A DNA stretch of 64,000 nucleotides from Eledone cirrhosa (taxonomy: Eukaryota), in the NCBI GenBank assembly GCA_964016885.1, contig OZ024743.1, forward strand, positions 84,444,001 through 84,508,000. Direction: 5' to 3'. Position numbers and translations under genes: made by a program. Below, piece after piece: positions 41,480 through 56,406 of the stretch. The notes below the pieces were generated by a model. That model worked only from the letters and a program-made list of their open reading frames with translations. It was not told the DNA's origin and searched no databases. The number at the start of each line of letters is the position of its first letter. Within the stretch, counting starts at the first letter, position 1.

Positions 41480-42290
41480 CCCACCAGATTATGGAAGGGG
41501 GACTGTCAAATGCTTTCTCCAGGTAAACAAATTCCAAGTGGAGTGGCTTACTTTCAGCTAGGTACTTCTCTTCACAAGGAAGACAGCTTAAGTGGTACTT
41601 TTACCTGACACAAATCCAAACTACATCTCATCCAGGTTTACTTGGTCCCTAATCAGGTGTGCTTATAACTCTTTCTGATACTTTTATGACCTGGTCCATC
41701 AACTTGATGCCTCTATCGTTTTCTGTATCTAGTACATCTCCTTTGCCCTTGTAGCTGTTGATGCTGCTGTTGCTACAATAGTCATTGGGTATGACACCAT
41801 TTTGTATTACTTGGCTTAAAATATGAGTGGTTAAGGTGTGAGCCCTCATGCCAGATGCTTTCAGCATCTCTGCAACTATCCTCAATGGACCAGCTGCTTT
41901 CCTAGTCTTTGCATATCCTTAATTGCCTTACTCCACTGCTGCTGGACTCTCTGTTAGGCCACTTGGGCTAGATTATCTTCCTCCGATGCATTCTCCTCAT
42001 TCCGTAATCTTTCACAATGGCACTTCCATGCTACTTTCTTTCAGTGTCAGTGAGGGCAAGTGCACCATTATCATCTCAGACACACTTCACCCCAACATCA
42101 CAATTTTCTCTGACACACTGACTTACAATCTTGAACACTTCACATCTTTGGTCCTCACATTGCAAAACATGCTTTTTTTTTATTTTCTGCTTCCCCCCTT
42201 GCTAAGTATACTTGTCGCCTAGCTTTTCTCCTAGCCTTCTGGTAGTGTACCCTGCTTCCCCAATTCTGCCATTTTTTTCCATGCTTGTCT
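41480..42290 (-). mobile_element. Old, degraded RTE LINE fragment
   Basis: Minus-strand peptide IVAEMLKASG...YKGKGD...RGIKLMDQV, homologous to the RTE ORFs in this window. Confidence 0.8.
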
Positions 42291-44443
42291 CATCCACCTT
42301 AGTTCCACCACCCTCTAAATTCATCAAATCATACATGTACCACCCATTCTCCCATACTTGGCTTACACAGCTAGACCTCAATAACCACTTAATGGAGAAG
42401 CCAGACGTTATCAAGCTGCAGTTGTCATATTACATAATTTCTATATAATAAAGCTAAAGGTATTATTATCTACACACAAATAATATATACAATAGTGAAT
42501 AAATTTAACTGAAACTCTCAAAATGGAATATTTTACTACCCTTTCCACTGCATGATCAACAACTTACACCACACATAATCTATTATTAATGTTTTAATAT
42601 AACAGATTTGATAATTAAATATATAATTTCCTGCAATCAATAAATAAATCACTGAATAACTTTGCTGCACTGTAGAAATATTCAAAGCAGTGGAGAGGTT
42701 CATATGGATGTTATGACTAGTCACACAATTTGGCATGAGTGTGGACTATGTAGTAGAAAATGCAGGCTTAGTAGTTACCCTAGTGTAGTCAGAGCAAGAA
42801 GTGTCAAAAACTAGGTTTGTCAGCCAAAATTCAAGTTGTAATTACTTATTTGGTAGAATAGGGTACATAACTGGGAAAACAGGGTACATAACAGAAAGAA
42901 CAGGAGGGAACATTGTAGGGTTAGCTTCGAGTGTTAAATACCCAGGCACTGGCTCTGCCTACAGATGTATGCTGGAGTAATGTTAAAGGGAGTGGGGAAT
43001 AAATCCAAGAGAGATTGGTGAAACTACCCATCATCATCACCACCACCACCGTTTCGTGTCTATTTTCTATGATTGCATGCATTAGATTGGCCGTCAAATT
43101 CTGAGGCTAGACAGGACAGATCAGACAACTGTGTCTTACTCATACATTCCATTTTGACAGGGTTTCTATGGCTGGAGGTCCTTCATAACACCAATCACTT
43201 TACATCATTTACTGAGAGCATTTTATTGCAACTCTGGCACTACAACTTTTAGGTGGGCTGGATACATTTTATTGTGGAACTAGCACTACCCCTTCACAGG
43301 ATGGGCTGGATGTATTTTATCGTGACACCGACACTAGGGTGCTCAGTGTATCCTTAGTTAAACTGAAGAGGTATTGATGGGAGTGGATGGTGTATAAATG
43401 AGAGGGGTGAGGCTTTATGCTACATGTTGGATGATGGGGGAGAGACCTCCCATCAACCCTAACCAATTTTAATGAAACGTGTTCTAATTCAATTTACAGA
43501 AGAGAAGAAAACAGTGTGACACAAGGGAGATAATAACAGTTTTGTACCAAGTCCGCTCTTTTCTTCTTAAATCCATATATTATTTTGTTATCAGTTTTAC
43601 ATGTTTCTCCATGCTGGCACAGGTTAGATGAAGATGAAGTTTATCTCTGTTTCAAGTAATGTGAAATGAGTGAGAGTACTAGATTCCCCTTAAATGAGAC
43701 ACTAGTCCATCACCATGTTAACCTTAAGATGATGATGATGATGATTGTCTGAAATGAAATGCTTTGCTCAAGGATAATGTATTGCCAGGACCAGGGATTG
43801 AATCCACAACTCTAGGATTGTGAGACTAACACCATAACCAATAGGCTATGCACACACACACACACACACATACTGACTTTGGTTTGATTTTTATGGCTGG
43901 ATGCCCTCCTAACACTAACCACATTTACATTAGATATGTATATATAATTATCACTATCATCCATTTCCATGCTGGCATAGTTTGGATGGGTTGTCACGGT
44001 CCTGGTCTAGAAAGATCAGATCATTACATTTTGCCTATACCTTTCATTTTGGAATGAATTCTATGGCTGGATGCCCTACCTAACACCACCCCCGCTTATT
44101 AAATGTTGCTAATCTATCTCCAGTGAAATTTTATTTTAAGTGGTAGCATTCCTGCAACAATTTTCTTGATACATTAAAAAATGTCATACATGAACAAAAA
44201 AGGATATTAGTAGAAATCCTATACATTATAAAATAAATAGGATGGGTTGGCGTCTCAATATGTAAACTAAATTACTAATTTTGGTTTTTTAAAAAAATCA
44301 ATGGAAAAATTACCGATTTTCCAACCCCAGCTTATTCCCCCCTCCCCTATTATTTGGGACCCAAGAGTAAGATTTAGCTGTAACAACAACAACAGAGTTA
44401 GAATTATTATAACAAGCAGCAATGAAAAAGGTAACAGACTTAC

Positions 44444-44641
44444 CTGAAGACTCGGGTGACATCCGAGAGATAGGAGACATTTGACAACACCAATATGTCC
44501 TTTATTGACGCCAATGTGAAGAGGTGTTTGTCGACGTTTGTTGCGTGCATTCAGATCACAACCTCCTTTATGGAGGAGCTCAATCACAGCTGGTTCGTCT
44601 CCAAAAGCTGCATGGTGAACAGCTCGATCCCCATCCTTATC
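44444..44641 (-). CDS. MIB1: MIB1 coding exon (two ankyrin repeats; 198 nt)
   Basis: [66 protein letters not shown]. Acceptor tggcag, donor CAG|gtaagt. Phase 0 to 0. Confidence 0.97.
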
Positions 44642-44722
44642 CTGCCAATCAGAAATAATTTCTAGAAATAACAATCAAATTCTACTCATGGTGCATTTAA
44701 CAAATCATAAAACCTTTAACTT

Positions 44723-45030
44723 GAAAATTATTGTGTACAGTGCTCAGGTGCACTACAACTCATCAAAGATGCATGTATAGTACATAGAATAATGTACAAA
44801 TGTCAGGAAAGTGAACAGTGTATGAGTCATGATATACACACAGATACATGTGTGCATGTGTATTGAGGGGGAATATCAGGTGTAGTGTTGGCAAAGGAAA
44901 CATGGAAGTTTTGAAGGATGCAGTGTCCTGACAGCTAACAACTGATGCAGGTAATTTGTTCCATGCTTCAGCAACTCTGAGTGTGAAAAAATGTTTACGA
45001 AAGACATAGAAGCTGTGCCACTTTCTCATT
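44723..45030 (-). mobile_element. CR1-type LINE 3' end
   Basis: RKHFFTLRVAEAWNKLPASVVSCQDTASFK (CR1 ORF2 C-terminal FF..RV...WN.LP motif) plus 3' UTR. Same family as 45495-47275. Confidence 0.8.
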
Positions 45031-45494
45031 ATTTATTGTATTTAGAACTTAACTCAAATGAGAATTGTCACATAAAATTAAGATAGGAGATTTTTAGATA
45101 AATATAAACATTTTAACTCTTACATTAACATATTTCTAATGAAGGACACTGCCTATAATTTTGAAAATAATCAAGAATTTGGAAGAATTAACTAACTTTC
45201 TCATTATTTATTCTGTTTGGGACATAACTTAACAAAAGTTATATGTATATGCAAAAAGTGTATAAGCTATAGCTTATTCTTGTCTCAGTACTGAGTGAGT
45301 AAACGTTACTGATGATTGAATAAAAAAAATCATGAAAGACTAGTGTCTAGTGTTCTCACATGGCTACTGAGATAGCTGTGACATGATCACTGCTTAATAC
45401 ATTCATAGTGAGATTTATATGTTTATTATACATAAATATATTGCATATGCCTTCATATACACCTCATATATGTGTGTGAATGTGTGTCTTGCCA

Positions 45495-47275
45495 ACAACA
45501 ACCTTGAGCACCATTATGACTTCCATGTGTCTAACACTTGTGGACATGCTTACAAAATCAGAAAACAGTACAGCTCCCATGAGTTTTGGAAACATTTTTT
45601 CATGCTCAGAGTTGCTGAAGCATGGAACAAACTACCTGCATCTGTTGTTAGCTGTCGGGACACAGCATCCTTCAAACTTCCATGGAACAAACTACCTGCA
45701 TCTGTTGTTAGCTGTCGGCACACAGCATCCTTCAAACTTCCATGGAACAAACTACCTGCATCTGTTGTTAGCTGTCGGGACACAGCATCCTTCAAAACTT
45801 CCATGGAACAAACTACCTGCATCTGTTGTTAGCTGTCGGGACACAACATCCTTCAAAACTTCCATGGAACAAACTACCTGCATCTGTTGTTAGTTGTCGG
45901 CACACAGCATCCTTCAAAACTTCCATGGAACAAACTACCTGCATCTGTTGTTAGCTGTCGGCACACAGCATCCTTCAAAACTTCCATGGAACAAACTACC
46001 TGCATCTGTTGTTAGCTGTCGGCACACAGCATCCTTCAAAACTTCCATGGAACAAACTACCTGCATCTGTTGTTAGTTGTCGGCACACAGCATCCTTCAA
46101 AACTTCCATGGAACAAACTACCTGCATCTGTTGTTAGCTGTCGGCACACAGCATCCTTCAAAACTTCCATGGAACAAACTACCTGCATCTGTTGTTAGCT
46201 GTCGGGAAACAGCATCCTTCAAAACTTCCATGGAACAAACTACCTGCATCTGTTGTTAGTTGTCGGCACACAGCATCCTTCAAAACTTCCATGGAACAAA
46301 CTACCTGCATCTGTTGTTAGCTGTCGGGACACAGCATCCTTCAAAACTTCCATGGAACAAACTACCTGCATCTGTTGTTAGCTGTCAGCACATAGCATCC
46401 TTCAAAACTTCCATGGAACAAACTACCTGCATCTGTTGTTAGCTGTCGGCACACAGCATCCTTCAAAACTTCCATGGAACAAACTACCTGCATCTGTTGT
46501 TAGTTGTCGGCACACAGCATCCTTCAAAACTTCCATGGAACAAACTACCTGCATCTGTTGTTAGTTGTCGGCACACAGCATCCTTCAAAACTTCCATGGA
46601 ACAAACTACCTGCATCTGTTGTTAGCTGTCGGCACACAGCATCCTTCAAAACTTCCATGGAACAAACTACCTGCATCTGTTGTTAGCTGTCGGGAAACAG
46701 CATCCTTCAAAACTTCCATGGAACAAACTACCTGCATCTGTTGTTAGTTGTCGGCACACAGCATCCTTCAAAACTTCCATGGAACAAACTACCTGCATCT
46801 GTTGTTAGCTGTCGGGACACAGCATCCTTCAAAACTTCCATGGAACAAACTACCTGCATCTGTTGTTAGCTGTCAGCACATAGCATCCTTCAAAACTTCC
46901 ATGCTTCCCGAAATTCGCCAACACTTCACCTGACATTCCCCCCCTGTACACACACACACACGTGTGTGTCTGTGTGTATATCATGATTCATATACTGTTC
47001 CCTTTCCTGACATTAGGGCAGTGGATTGGCAGTATCGGTAGAAGGTCAGACGCCATGCTTTGCAGCAAAGAGTTACGGTCCTTTATGATCTGAGTTCAAA
47101 TCCTGCTGAGGTTAACTTTGCCTTTCATCCTTACAGGGTCGATAAAATAAGGTACCAGTAATACACTGGTATAATTGCTGGCCTTGTGCCAAAAGTAGAA
47201 AATTATTCTATGTACTATACATGCACCTTTGATGAGTTGTAGTGAACCTGAGCACTGTACACAATAATTTTCATT
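45495..47275 (+). mobile_element. CR1-type LINE 3' end carrying a satellite expansion and a nested SINE (47015-47205)
   Basis: TCGHAYKIRK...KHFF.LRVAEAWNKLP. The 3' UTR matches 44723-44900 in reverse complement. Confidence 0.8.
45621..46903. repeat. Tandem array of 21 x 60/61-bp units derived from CR1 ORF2
   Basis: Unit CATGGAACAAACTACCTGCATCTGTTGTTAGCTGTCGGCACACAGCATCCTTCAAAACTTC. First two units are 60 bp. Confidence 0.97.
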
Positions 47276-47463
47276 TCATACATGTATATATATATATATG
47301 TGTGTGTGTAAAAAGTAAATAAAGCAAATAACACAGTACATTGCAGAAGATTGAATTAAGTATAAATGATAAATTAATAAGATAAAGAGTAAGAAGATGA
47401 AGGAAAGGGAAAAAAAAGGAGAAAAATGCATGTGCGTATTCAGTCAGTCATACATACATGTTA

Positions 47464-47512
<49 letters not shown>

Positions 47513-47589
47513 ACAAAGGAGTTGTGGTAATGAACCAGATGAACCATAATGCATCAGAGTACTCAATACTTAGGGTAGTAGAGTGGGTA

Positions 47590-47705
47590 ATAGGAAAATG
47601 TATGACCCCGACGGCAGAGCTCAAGACGTTTCGACAGCTATTTCTGGACTGAAATAGCCGTCGAAACGGCTTGAGCTCTGCCGTCGGGGTCATATATTTT
47701 CCTAT
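47590..47705. repeat. Inverted repeat, 55-bp arms, 6-nt loop, 3 mismatches
   Basis: 47590-47644 vs 47651-47705. Confidence 0.92.
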
Positions 47706-47706
47706 A

Positions 47707-48218
47707 TCTCTATATATATAAAATGGAAGATGTCTGTGTGTGTGTTTTATTTTTATGCATTTCCACATTTCTCTACCGATTTTGATGATTTTTTTCCAAT
47801 GTGCTCCAATGTGCTCCGCGTAATAAACTTTGCCAAAAATTTCCTGCTTCTATGAAAAAAATCGATAAAACTAAATACATGCTGTAACCCTCTCTCTTAC
47901 ACGCTTATTCACTCTCACTACTACCCTCAAAAATCTATGAAACTACATACATGTTGCAACTCTCTCTCTATATATATATCACACACACACATATACACCT
48001 AAAGAGAGACAGGGAGATGTAGAGAGAGAGAGAGTGAGATAGGTCGTTATACAGAGCAAGATAATCAGATAGAGAGACAGAGAGAGAGAGAGAGAATGGC
48101 GACAAACGCTGGTTCACACACACACAAACACATATATATATATATATATAAAGACAGAAAGAGAGATATCTGCGCGTTCTTTATTGTTCTCCATTCTGTA
48201 GAGAGAAGGGGTATGAGT

Positions 48219-48257
<39 letters not shown>

Positions 48258-49329
48258 TATGAGAAAAAAGGGAGAGGTGTTGAGAAAGAAAGAAAGTTTA
48301 AGCAAAGAATTGCTGCTTTCAACATTAACAGGATCTTCTGAAACTAAAAAATTCAATCTGTGAACGCAGAATTAAATATTTCGTGAAACACTGCAACCGA
48401 AGGACAACAGGAAGACGATATTTTGGTTCGTGAAGACGTTCCCTGCTAATGAACGGAAAAAAAGCGAGGATAATACGTTGTTATGTGGACTGAGAAGAAC
48501 AATTTCATGCAAAGACAAGACCAAGTTTATGGTATAAATGGAGTTGTTAGACTAATATTCTATTTAAAATAACCGAATGATTTCCAGCCCCGGAGTTTAA
48601 GAATGATGTAAATAAAATTGTAAACGAAAATGACAGAGGTTATTAAAATAGTTGTTTCTACTTTTGGCACAAGGCCAACAATTACTCAGTATATTACTGG
48701 TACTTTATTTTATCGACCCCGTAAGAATGAAAGGCAAAGTTAACCTCGACAGGATTTTAATTTTGCCTTAAAATAGTAAAAGTAAATAGTGAAGATTTAG
48801 GCCAGTACATACGTACGCGCCGACCGACATACACATACATATACATACGCACACACAAATACATACACACACACAAACACGCGCGCGCATGTGTGTGTGA
48901 ACCTTATGCATTTCTACAGTATTTTCACCAAACTTAAGACATAGGTTACTTATGTACTCCGGATGGTCATGGACACTTTCATTTTTCCAGATATTGATTA
49001 TAGGGCCTCCCGGCAGATAACCCCCTTCAACCACTTCGTTGGAGTCGACTGAAGCACTGCAGTGCAAGGCAACAAAACGTCATAACTTCTGGAGTTCGCA
49101 ACCGATTTTCATAAAACTTGACACATGGACTACGTTTGTTCTACAGATGAATGTGAACTCTCAGAATTGGCACAGTAGGGGAGACCGCTGGGGGCAGGAA
49201 CACCCTTTGGGAAAAAGCCGATGAATTTGTAAAAGTATATATAGTTTTCGAAGCAGCACTGAAGTATTGACATAAATGGTATACATAACTGCTATTTAAT
49301 ACCCGAGCAACGTCGGGTACCTTTGCTAG
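47707..49329 (+). mobile_element. Non-autonomous Helitron-like element
   Basis: A|TCTCTATATATATAAAA start. Subterminal hairpin TACCCGAGCAACGTCGGGTA, then CTTTGCTAG|T. No TSD. CpG-richer than the flanks. Contains a SINE B fragment. Confidence 0.8.
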
Positions 49330-49331
49330 TA

Positions 49332-49404
<73 letters not shown>

Positions 49405-49530
49405 AAAATTAAGATAAATCAAAATGAATTTAATCTAAATCAAAATTATGGGTGTCATGCCAGAAAGACATGCGCCATATCACCCGTAAAATAAGCTCAA
49501 AGATTATAATGAATAGGTCCGAGCATTTTA

Positions 49531-49791
49531 TAACAACTAGAAATTGATTAACATATAAATAAACATATGAAACAATCACAGGGGATAATTTTTACAAGTG
49601 TGTAAGCACACATAGCTAGGTAGGTAACTAAATAAAGTTAACGAGAACTTCAAAAATAGATACCTTATTTTTGAAGTTCTAGTTAACTTTATTTAGTTAC
49701 CTACCTAGCTATGTGTGCTTACACACTTGTAAAAATTATCCTCTGTGATTGTTTCATATGTTTATTTATATGTTAATCAATTTCTAGTTGT

Positions 49792-49793
<2 letters not shown>
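49531..49793. repeat. Inverted repeat, 128-bp arms, 7-nt loop, 2 mismatches
   Basis: 49531-49658 vs 49666-49793. Confidence 0.95.
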
Positions 49794-49853
<60 letters not shown>

Positions 49854-49874
49854 TATATATATATATATATATAT

Positions 49875-50556
49875 ATCATCATCATCATCATCAACGTTTA
49901 ACGTCCGTGTTCCACGCTTGCATGGGTTTGGACGGGGGTAGTCCCACTTGAGGCAAGAGTGATTGTCTTGCTCGCATAGGACTGTCTGGCAGGTTTTCTA
50001 CAGTTGGATGCCCTTCCTAACACCAACCACATTTACAGTGTGGGACTGGGAGGTTTTTACCGTGTTGCCTACACGGCCACATTACAGCGTGGACTGTGTG
50101 TTTTTTTGTCGTGACACCTACACGATCTCATTTGTTTCGGCCTCGATGGCGCGGCACCAACATAACTTTACATAGAACGGGGGGGTGTGGATCGGGTGGG
50201 GGTGGTGGGACGGGGTGTATTTGTTAGAGATGCCTACTGGCTGGAGTAGGTTTTACTATATATTTAGGTAAGGCGGGTCTTCTCTGTTACTGAGTACCGC
50301 CAAAGGTCTCGGTCCAGTGACATTGTCTTGGAGAGGTGTAAGTGTGTGATGTCGGAGTTTATCAGCTCGTCCCAGGTTTTTCTAGGTCTGCCTATTCCGT
50401 GACTACCGTCTATCTTTATTGCCCTGCACTTTGTTATACAGCTATCGACTTTCATGCGCATCACGTGTCCATACCAACGTAGCCTTCTCTCGAGTAAACA
50501 ACATCTGATCTCTAATCTCTAATTTATCTGATCTCTTATCTCTAATTTATTCCTAA
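49875..50556 (-). mobile_element. RTE-2 3' fragment, reverse orientation
   Basis: MRMKVDSCITKCRAIKIDGSHGIGRPRKTWD plus 3' UTR. Reverse complement of about 38890-39533. Confidence 0.9.
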
Positions 50557-51982
<1,426 letters not shown>

Positions 51983-52019
51983 ATATATATATTTATATTT
52001 ATATATATATATATATATA

Positions 52020-53275
52020 ACGTGTTAGATTCCCGGACTTCCACACGGGAATATACCGCGACGATGGACTGACTTTATAGAGCTATAAAAGTGGTCACAA
52101 CCAGTTTAAAAAAGACTTAGCTTCTACCTTCAATGAGTTAGGCCTTAGGATAACAGTAGCCACCAACCTCTCTAGCGTAGATTTCTTAGACATTAATTTA
52201 GACCTTCGCACACACACCCACAAACCCTTCCATAAGCTAAACGAGAAACTTAATTACATTCACAAGGACTCATGCCCCGCTCCCACTGTTTTTAAAACTT
52301 CGTTAAGAATATCAGTACTAGAATCTCAAACCTCTTCTCTAATAAGGCTATCTTTGACAGGGCGGCACCCTACTATAACACGGCGTTGGCTAACAGCAGC
52401 TTCTCACAACCAATCACTTACTCTCCCACTAGCAACAACACCATTAAGAAAAGTAAGCGCAACAATAGACAAACTATCTGGTTCTCTCCTCCCTTCTCAC
52501 TCAACGTTAAAACTAATGTAGGAAAAAAATTTCTAGCCCTCTTAGATAGACACTTGCCCATAGGTCATAAATACCGCTCCATCTTTAACCGACACAAAGT
52601 TAAACTAGGATACTCCTGCGCTAAGAACATGAAGGCCCACATCACCAGCAGCCCTAGGAGCAACACCCCACCAGGGTGCTCTTGCCGTAAGCCTGAAGCT
52701 TGCCCCCTTCAACAGCAATGCAACACACCTGCTGTAATCTATGAAGCTGTGGTCACTTCCAACCAACCAAACGAACCACAGGAGGTCAAATCTTATGTGG
52801 GCATGGCGGAGGGCCGATTCAAGGAGCGTTTCCTGAACCACCAGTCTACCTTCAGATACTTGGACAGACGTTCATCCACGAAACTCGCGAGCCACATATG
52901 GTCCCTCAAGGACTCAAGTATAGGCTACTCCATTCAATGGAAAGCCATCACTAAGTCCAAGCCATACGCAAGGGGAAATCCGACGTGTGGCTTATGCACT
53001 GACAAACGAATAACTATCCTAAAGAGATTACGCAATAGTGATTGCCTAAACACGAGAAGTGAATTTTTCACACGTTGTCCACACGTCACCAAACATCTAT
53101 TGCATAACTACAAGGCTCCGGACTGATTCTTTGTAATTTTATTTTTTATTTTTTTAATTTTGTTTTCAACCTAAAAACTTTCCGGACTTTCGCAGTTATC
53201 TAACTTAGACCTCCCGCACGCAGTCTAATATTGCCTGTGTTCCTATAACCATACACATCCCGGACTGCCTGGTGT
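52020..53275 (+). mobile_element. Penelope-like retroelement (RT C-terminus plus GIY-YIG endonuclease), 5' truncated
   Basis: GIYRDDGL RT motif at about 52049. ORF 52386-53126 has WFSPPFS..VKTNVGK, CxC..CPL, VIY..YVG (GIY-YIG), NH..F and C..C..LN.RSE motifs. Confidence 0.9.
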
Positions 53276-53276
53276 T

Positions 53277-56200
53277 ATAAAAGACAGATTCTATGAGTTA
53301 TTAATGCTCACTACCTCCCAAATAACCGACAGTGACTACATAATTATTGCTGGCCACCTAAATGGTGACATTGGACAACATTGTGACAGCTATGATGGAA
53401 TCCATGGAGGCTATGGGTTTGGTACTAGAAATGAGGAAGGCTCCAGAATCCTGGAATTCTGTGACGCAAATAACCTAACTATCTGTAACACTAACTTCAA
53501 AAAACGAGACAATCACTTGATCACCTATAGATCAGGGGAACACGCCAGTCAGATAGATTATATCCTTACCAGAAGACGTGATAGAGTGTCTGTTGTAAAC
53601 ACTAAATCCTTCCCCCATGAAGAATGCACCTCCCAACATAGACTCATAGTTAGCAACCTCATAGTCAGTACAAGACGTACTCGACAACAGAGGAGGACTA
53701 TCCTCAGGAGAAAAATATGGAAGCTAAAAGACCCCACAGCCAGTAATAAATTTAAAAGCATATTACTTGATGCTTTTGACAGTAAGGAAGAGCAATTAGA
53801 GTCGTACAATATAGAGGCACAGTGGGAATTCCTGAAAGCTAACCTGCTAAAGGCGACAGATGAAGTCTGTGGCTGGAGCAGACCTATAGGGAGGAGGAGA
53901 GTAACGTGGTGGTGGAACAGTAAGGTGGAGGAGTCAATCAAGACCAAAAAGCAGGCTTGGAAAGTATGGCAGGATGGGGGAAGTAGAGAAGACTATCAAG
54001 TGGCCAGGAGGGAAGCTAGGAGACAAGTGTACTTCGCAAGAAGGGAAGCAGAGGAAAGAAAGTACAAGCATGTTCTACAACGCAAGGACCAAAAACGTGA
54101 GGTGTTCAGGATTGCTAGGCAATGTGTCAAAGAAAACCGTGATATTGTCGGGGAGAAGTGTGTCCTTAATGATGATGGTGTACTTGGCATCACTGACACT
54201 GATAAGAAGGTAGCTTGGAAATGTCACTACGAAAGGCTACTAAATGAGGAGAATAAATGGGAGAAAGACAGTCTCCCACACATCGATCCAATAGAGGGAC
54301 CAGCAGTGCAAGTTGAATGTAGCATAATAAGTAAAGCAATCAAAGATATGAAGACGGGCAAGGGGGCTGGGCCTTCGGAAATAGTTGCTGAAATGCTGAA
54401 AGCATCTGGAACGGTGGGACACACTATGGTCACTCGGATAGTAAACCAAGTCATACAGAATAGGGTCGTACCGAAGGACTGGCGTAGTAGCATCATCATT
54501 AACTGCTACAAGGGTAAAGGAGATGCCCTAGATAGGGGAAACTATAGAGGCATTAAATTAATTGACCAGGTCATGAAGGTCACGGAAAAAGTAATAGCGC
54601 AACTAATCAGAGAGCGAATTGATCTGGATGAAATGCAGTTCGGGTTTGTGTCAGGTAAAAGTACAACAGACGCTCTTTTCATTGTACGACAACTACAGGA
54701 GAAGTACCTAGCTAAAAGTAAACCCCTATACTTAGCTTTTGTTGACTTGCAGAAAGCTTTTGACAGAGTCCCACGCCCCATTATCTGGTGGGCTCTCAGA
54801 AAACTAGGTGTTGATGAATGGCTTGTGAGAGCTATACAAGCCATGTATAAAGAAACAGTCAGCAAGGTTAGAATTAACAATGAATATAGTGAAGAGTTTA
54901 GCGTAAAAGTTGGTGTTCATCAGGGCTCCGTCCTTAGCCCCCTACTATTTATTATTGCCCTTCATGCTATAACAGAGGAGTTCAAGACCGGCTGACCATG
55001 GGAACTCCTATACGCTGATGATCTAAGGCTTATAGCTGAATCAATGGCTGAACTAGAGAAGAAATTCCAAACATGGAAGCATGGCCTAGAATCAACCTGT
55101 CTAAGACTAAAGTTCTAATATGTAGGAAGGAAAATAGGGCACTGGTCCCATCTGGGAAATGGCCATGCTCAGTGTGTAGGAAAGGAGTAGGCAGAAGCTC
55201 CATTTTATGTCCCAAATGCAAAGTATGGGTGCATAAAAGATGTAGTGGGATCACAGGTAAGCTAACTAAGAATATAGATTTTATATGTGGCCGATGCTCA
55301 GGTGTAATAAGTAGCAGCAAGTGCCCACAGAATACTAGCCCATTCCATTGCACAGAGGGTTCTATAGAAATAGTGGACACCTTCCGTTACCTGGGTGACA
55401 AAATCAGCAGTGGTGGAGGGTGCTCTGAAAGTACAGTAGCTAGAGTCAGAACGGGATGGAAAAAGTTCAGAGAACTTATACGACTATTGGCCGCTAAAGG
55501 CTTCTCTCTAAAAATGAAAGGCAGGCTGTATGATGCCTGCATACAAACAGCAATGTTACATGGCAGTGAGACTTGGGCATTGTGTGCAGAGGATCTACGC
55601 AGACTAGAGAGGAACGAAGCTTGCATGCTCCGTTGCATGTGTAATAGTAATATACGTGAACGGTAAAGCATAAATGAACTAAGTGAGAAATTAGGAATAA
55701 GAGGGATCAGATGCTGTTTACTCGAGAGAAGACTACGTTGGTATGGTCACGTGATGCGCATGAAAGACGACAGCTGTATAAAAAAGTGCAGGGCGATCAA
55801 AATAGACGGTAGCAACGGAGTAGGCAGACCCAGAAAAACCTGGGACGACTTGATAAATTCCGACCTCCACACACTTACACCTCTCCAAGACAATGTCACT
55901 GGACCAAGATCTTTGCCGCTATGCAGTAATACAGAAGACCCGCCTTGCCTAAGTGCAAAGCGAAACCTACAGTCAGTAGGCACCTCTTACCAAAATACAA
56001 CCCCGTCCCACTACCTCCATCCCATCCACACCACCCCCTTTCGATGTTAAGTTATGTTGGTACCAAACATCCAGTCCTAAATGAGGTCATGTAGGTGTCA
56101 CAACAAAAAAAACACACAGTCCACGCTGTAATGTGGCCGTGTAGGTAACACGGCAAAAACCTCACAGTCCACACTGTAAACATGGTTGGTGTTAAGAAGG

Positions 56201-56335
56201 GCATCCAGCCATAGAAAACCCGCGAGACAGTCCTATACGAGCAAGACAACCAATCTTGCCTCAAGTGGGAAAATTACCGTCCAAACCCATGCTAACGTGG
56301 AAGATGGACGTTAAACGATGATGATGATGATGATA
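53277..56335 (+). mobile_element. RTE-2 LINE, about 3 kb, few disruptions
   Basis: 563-aa ORF 53304-54995 (APE C-terminal half plus RT), continuing past stops/frameshift. 3' UTR and (GAT)n tail. Highly similar to 37044-39533. Confidence 0.94.
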
Positions 56336-56406
56336 TATTTATATATATATATATATATATATATTAAAATACAAATATTAATAAAATAGATGTTCTTTTG
56401 ATCAAT

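Noticed and set aside
45621-46903. CRISPR-like regular array
   Set aside because: Head-to-tail units with no unique spacers, no cas genes, eukaryotic context, and a unit derived from CR1 ORF2.
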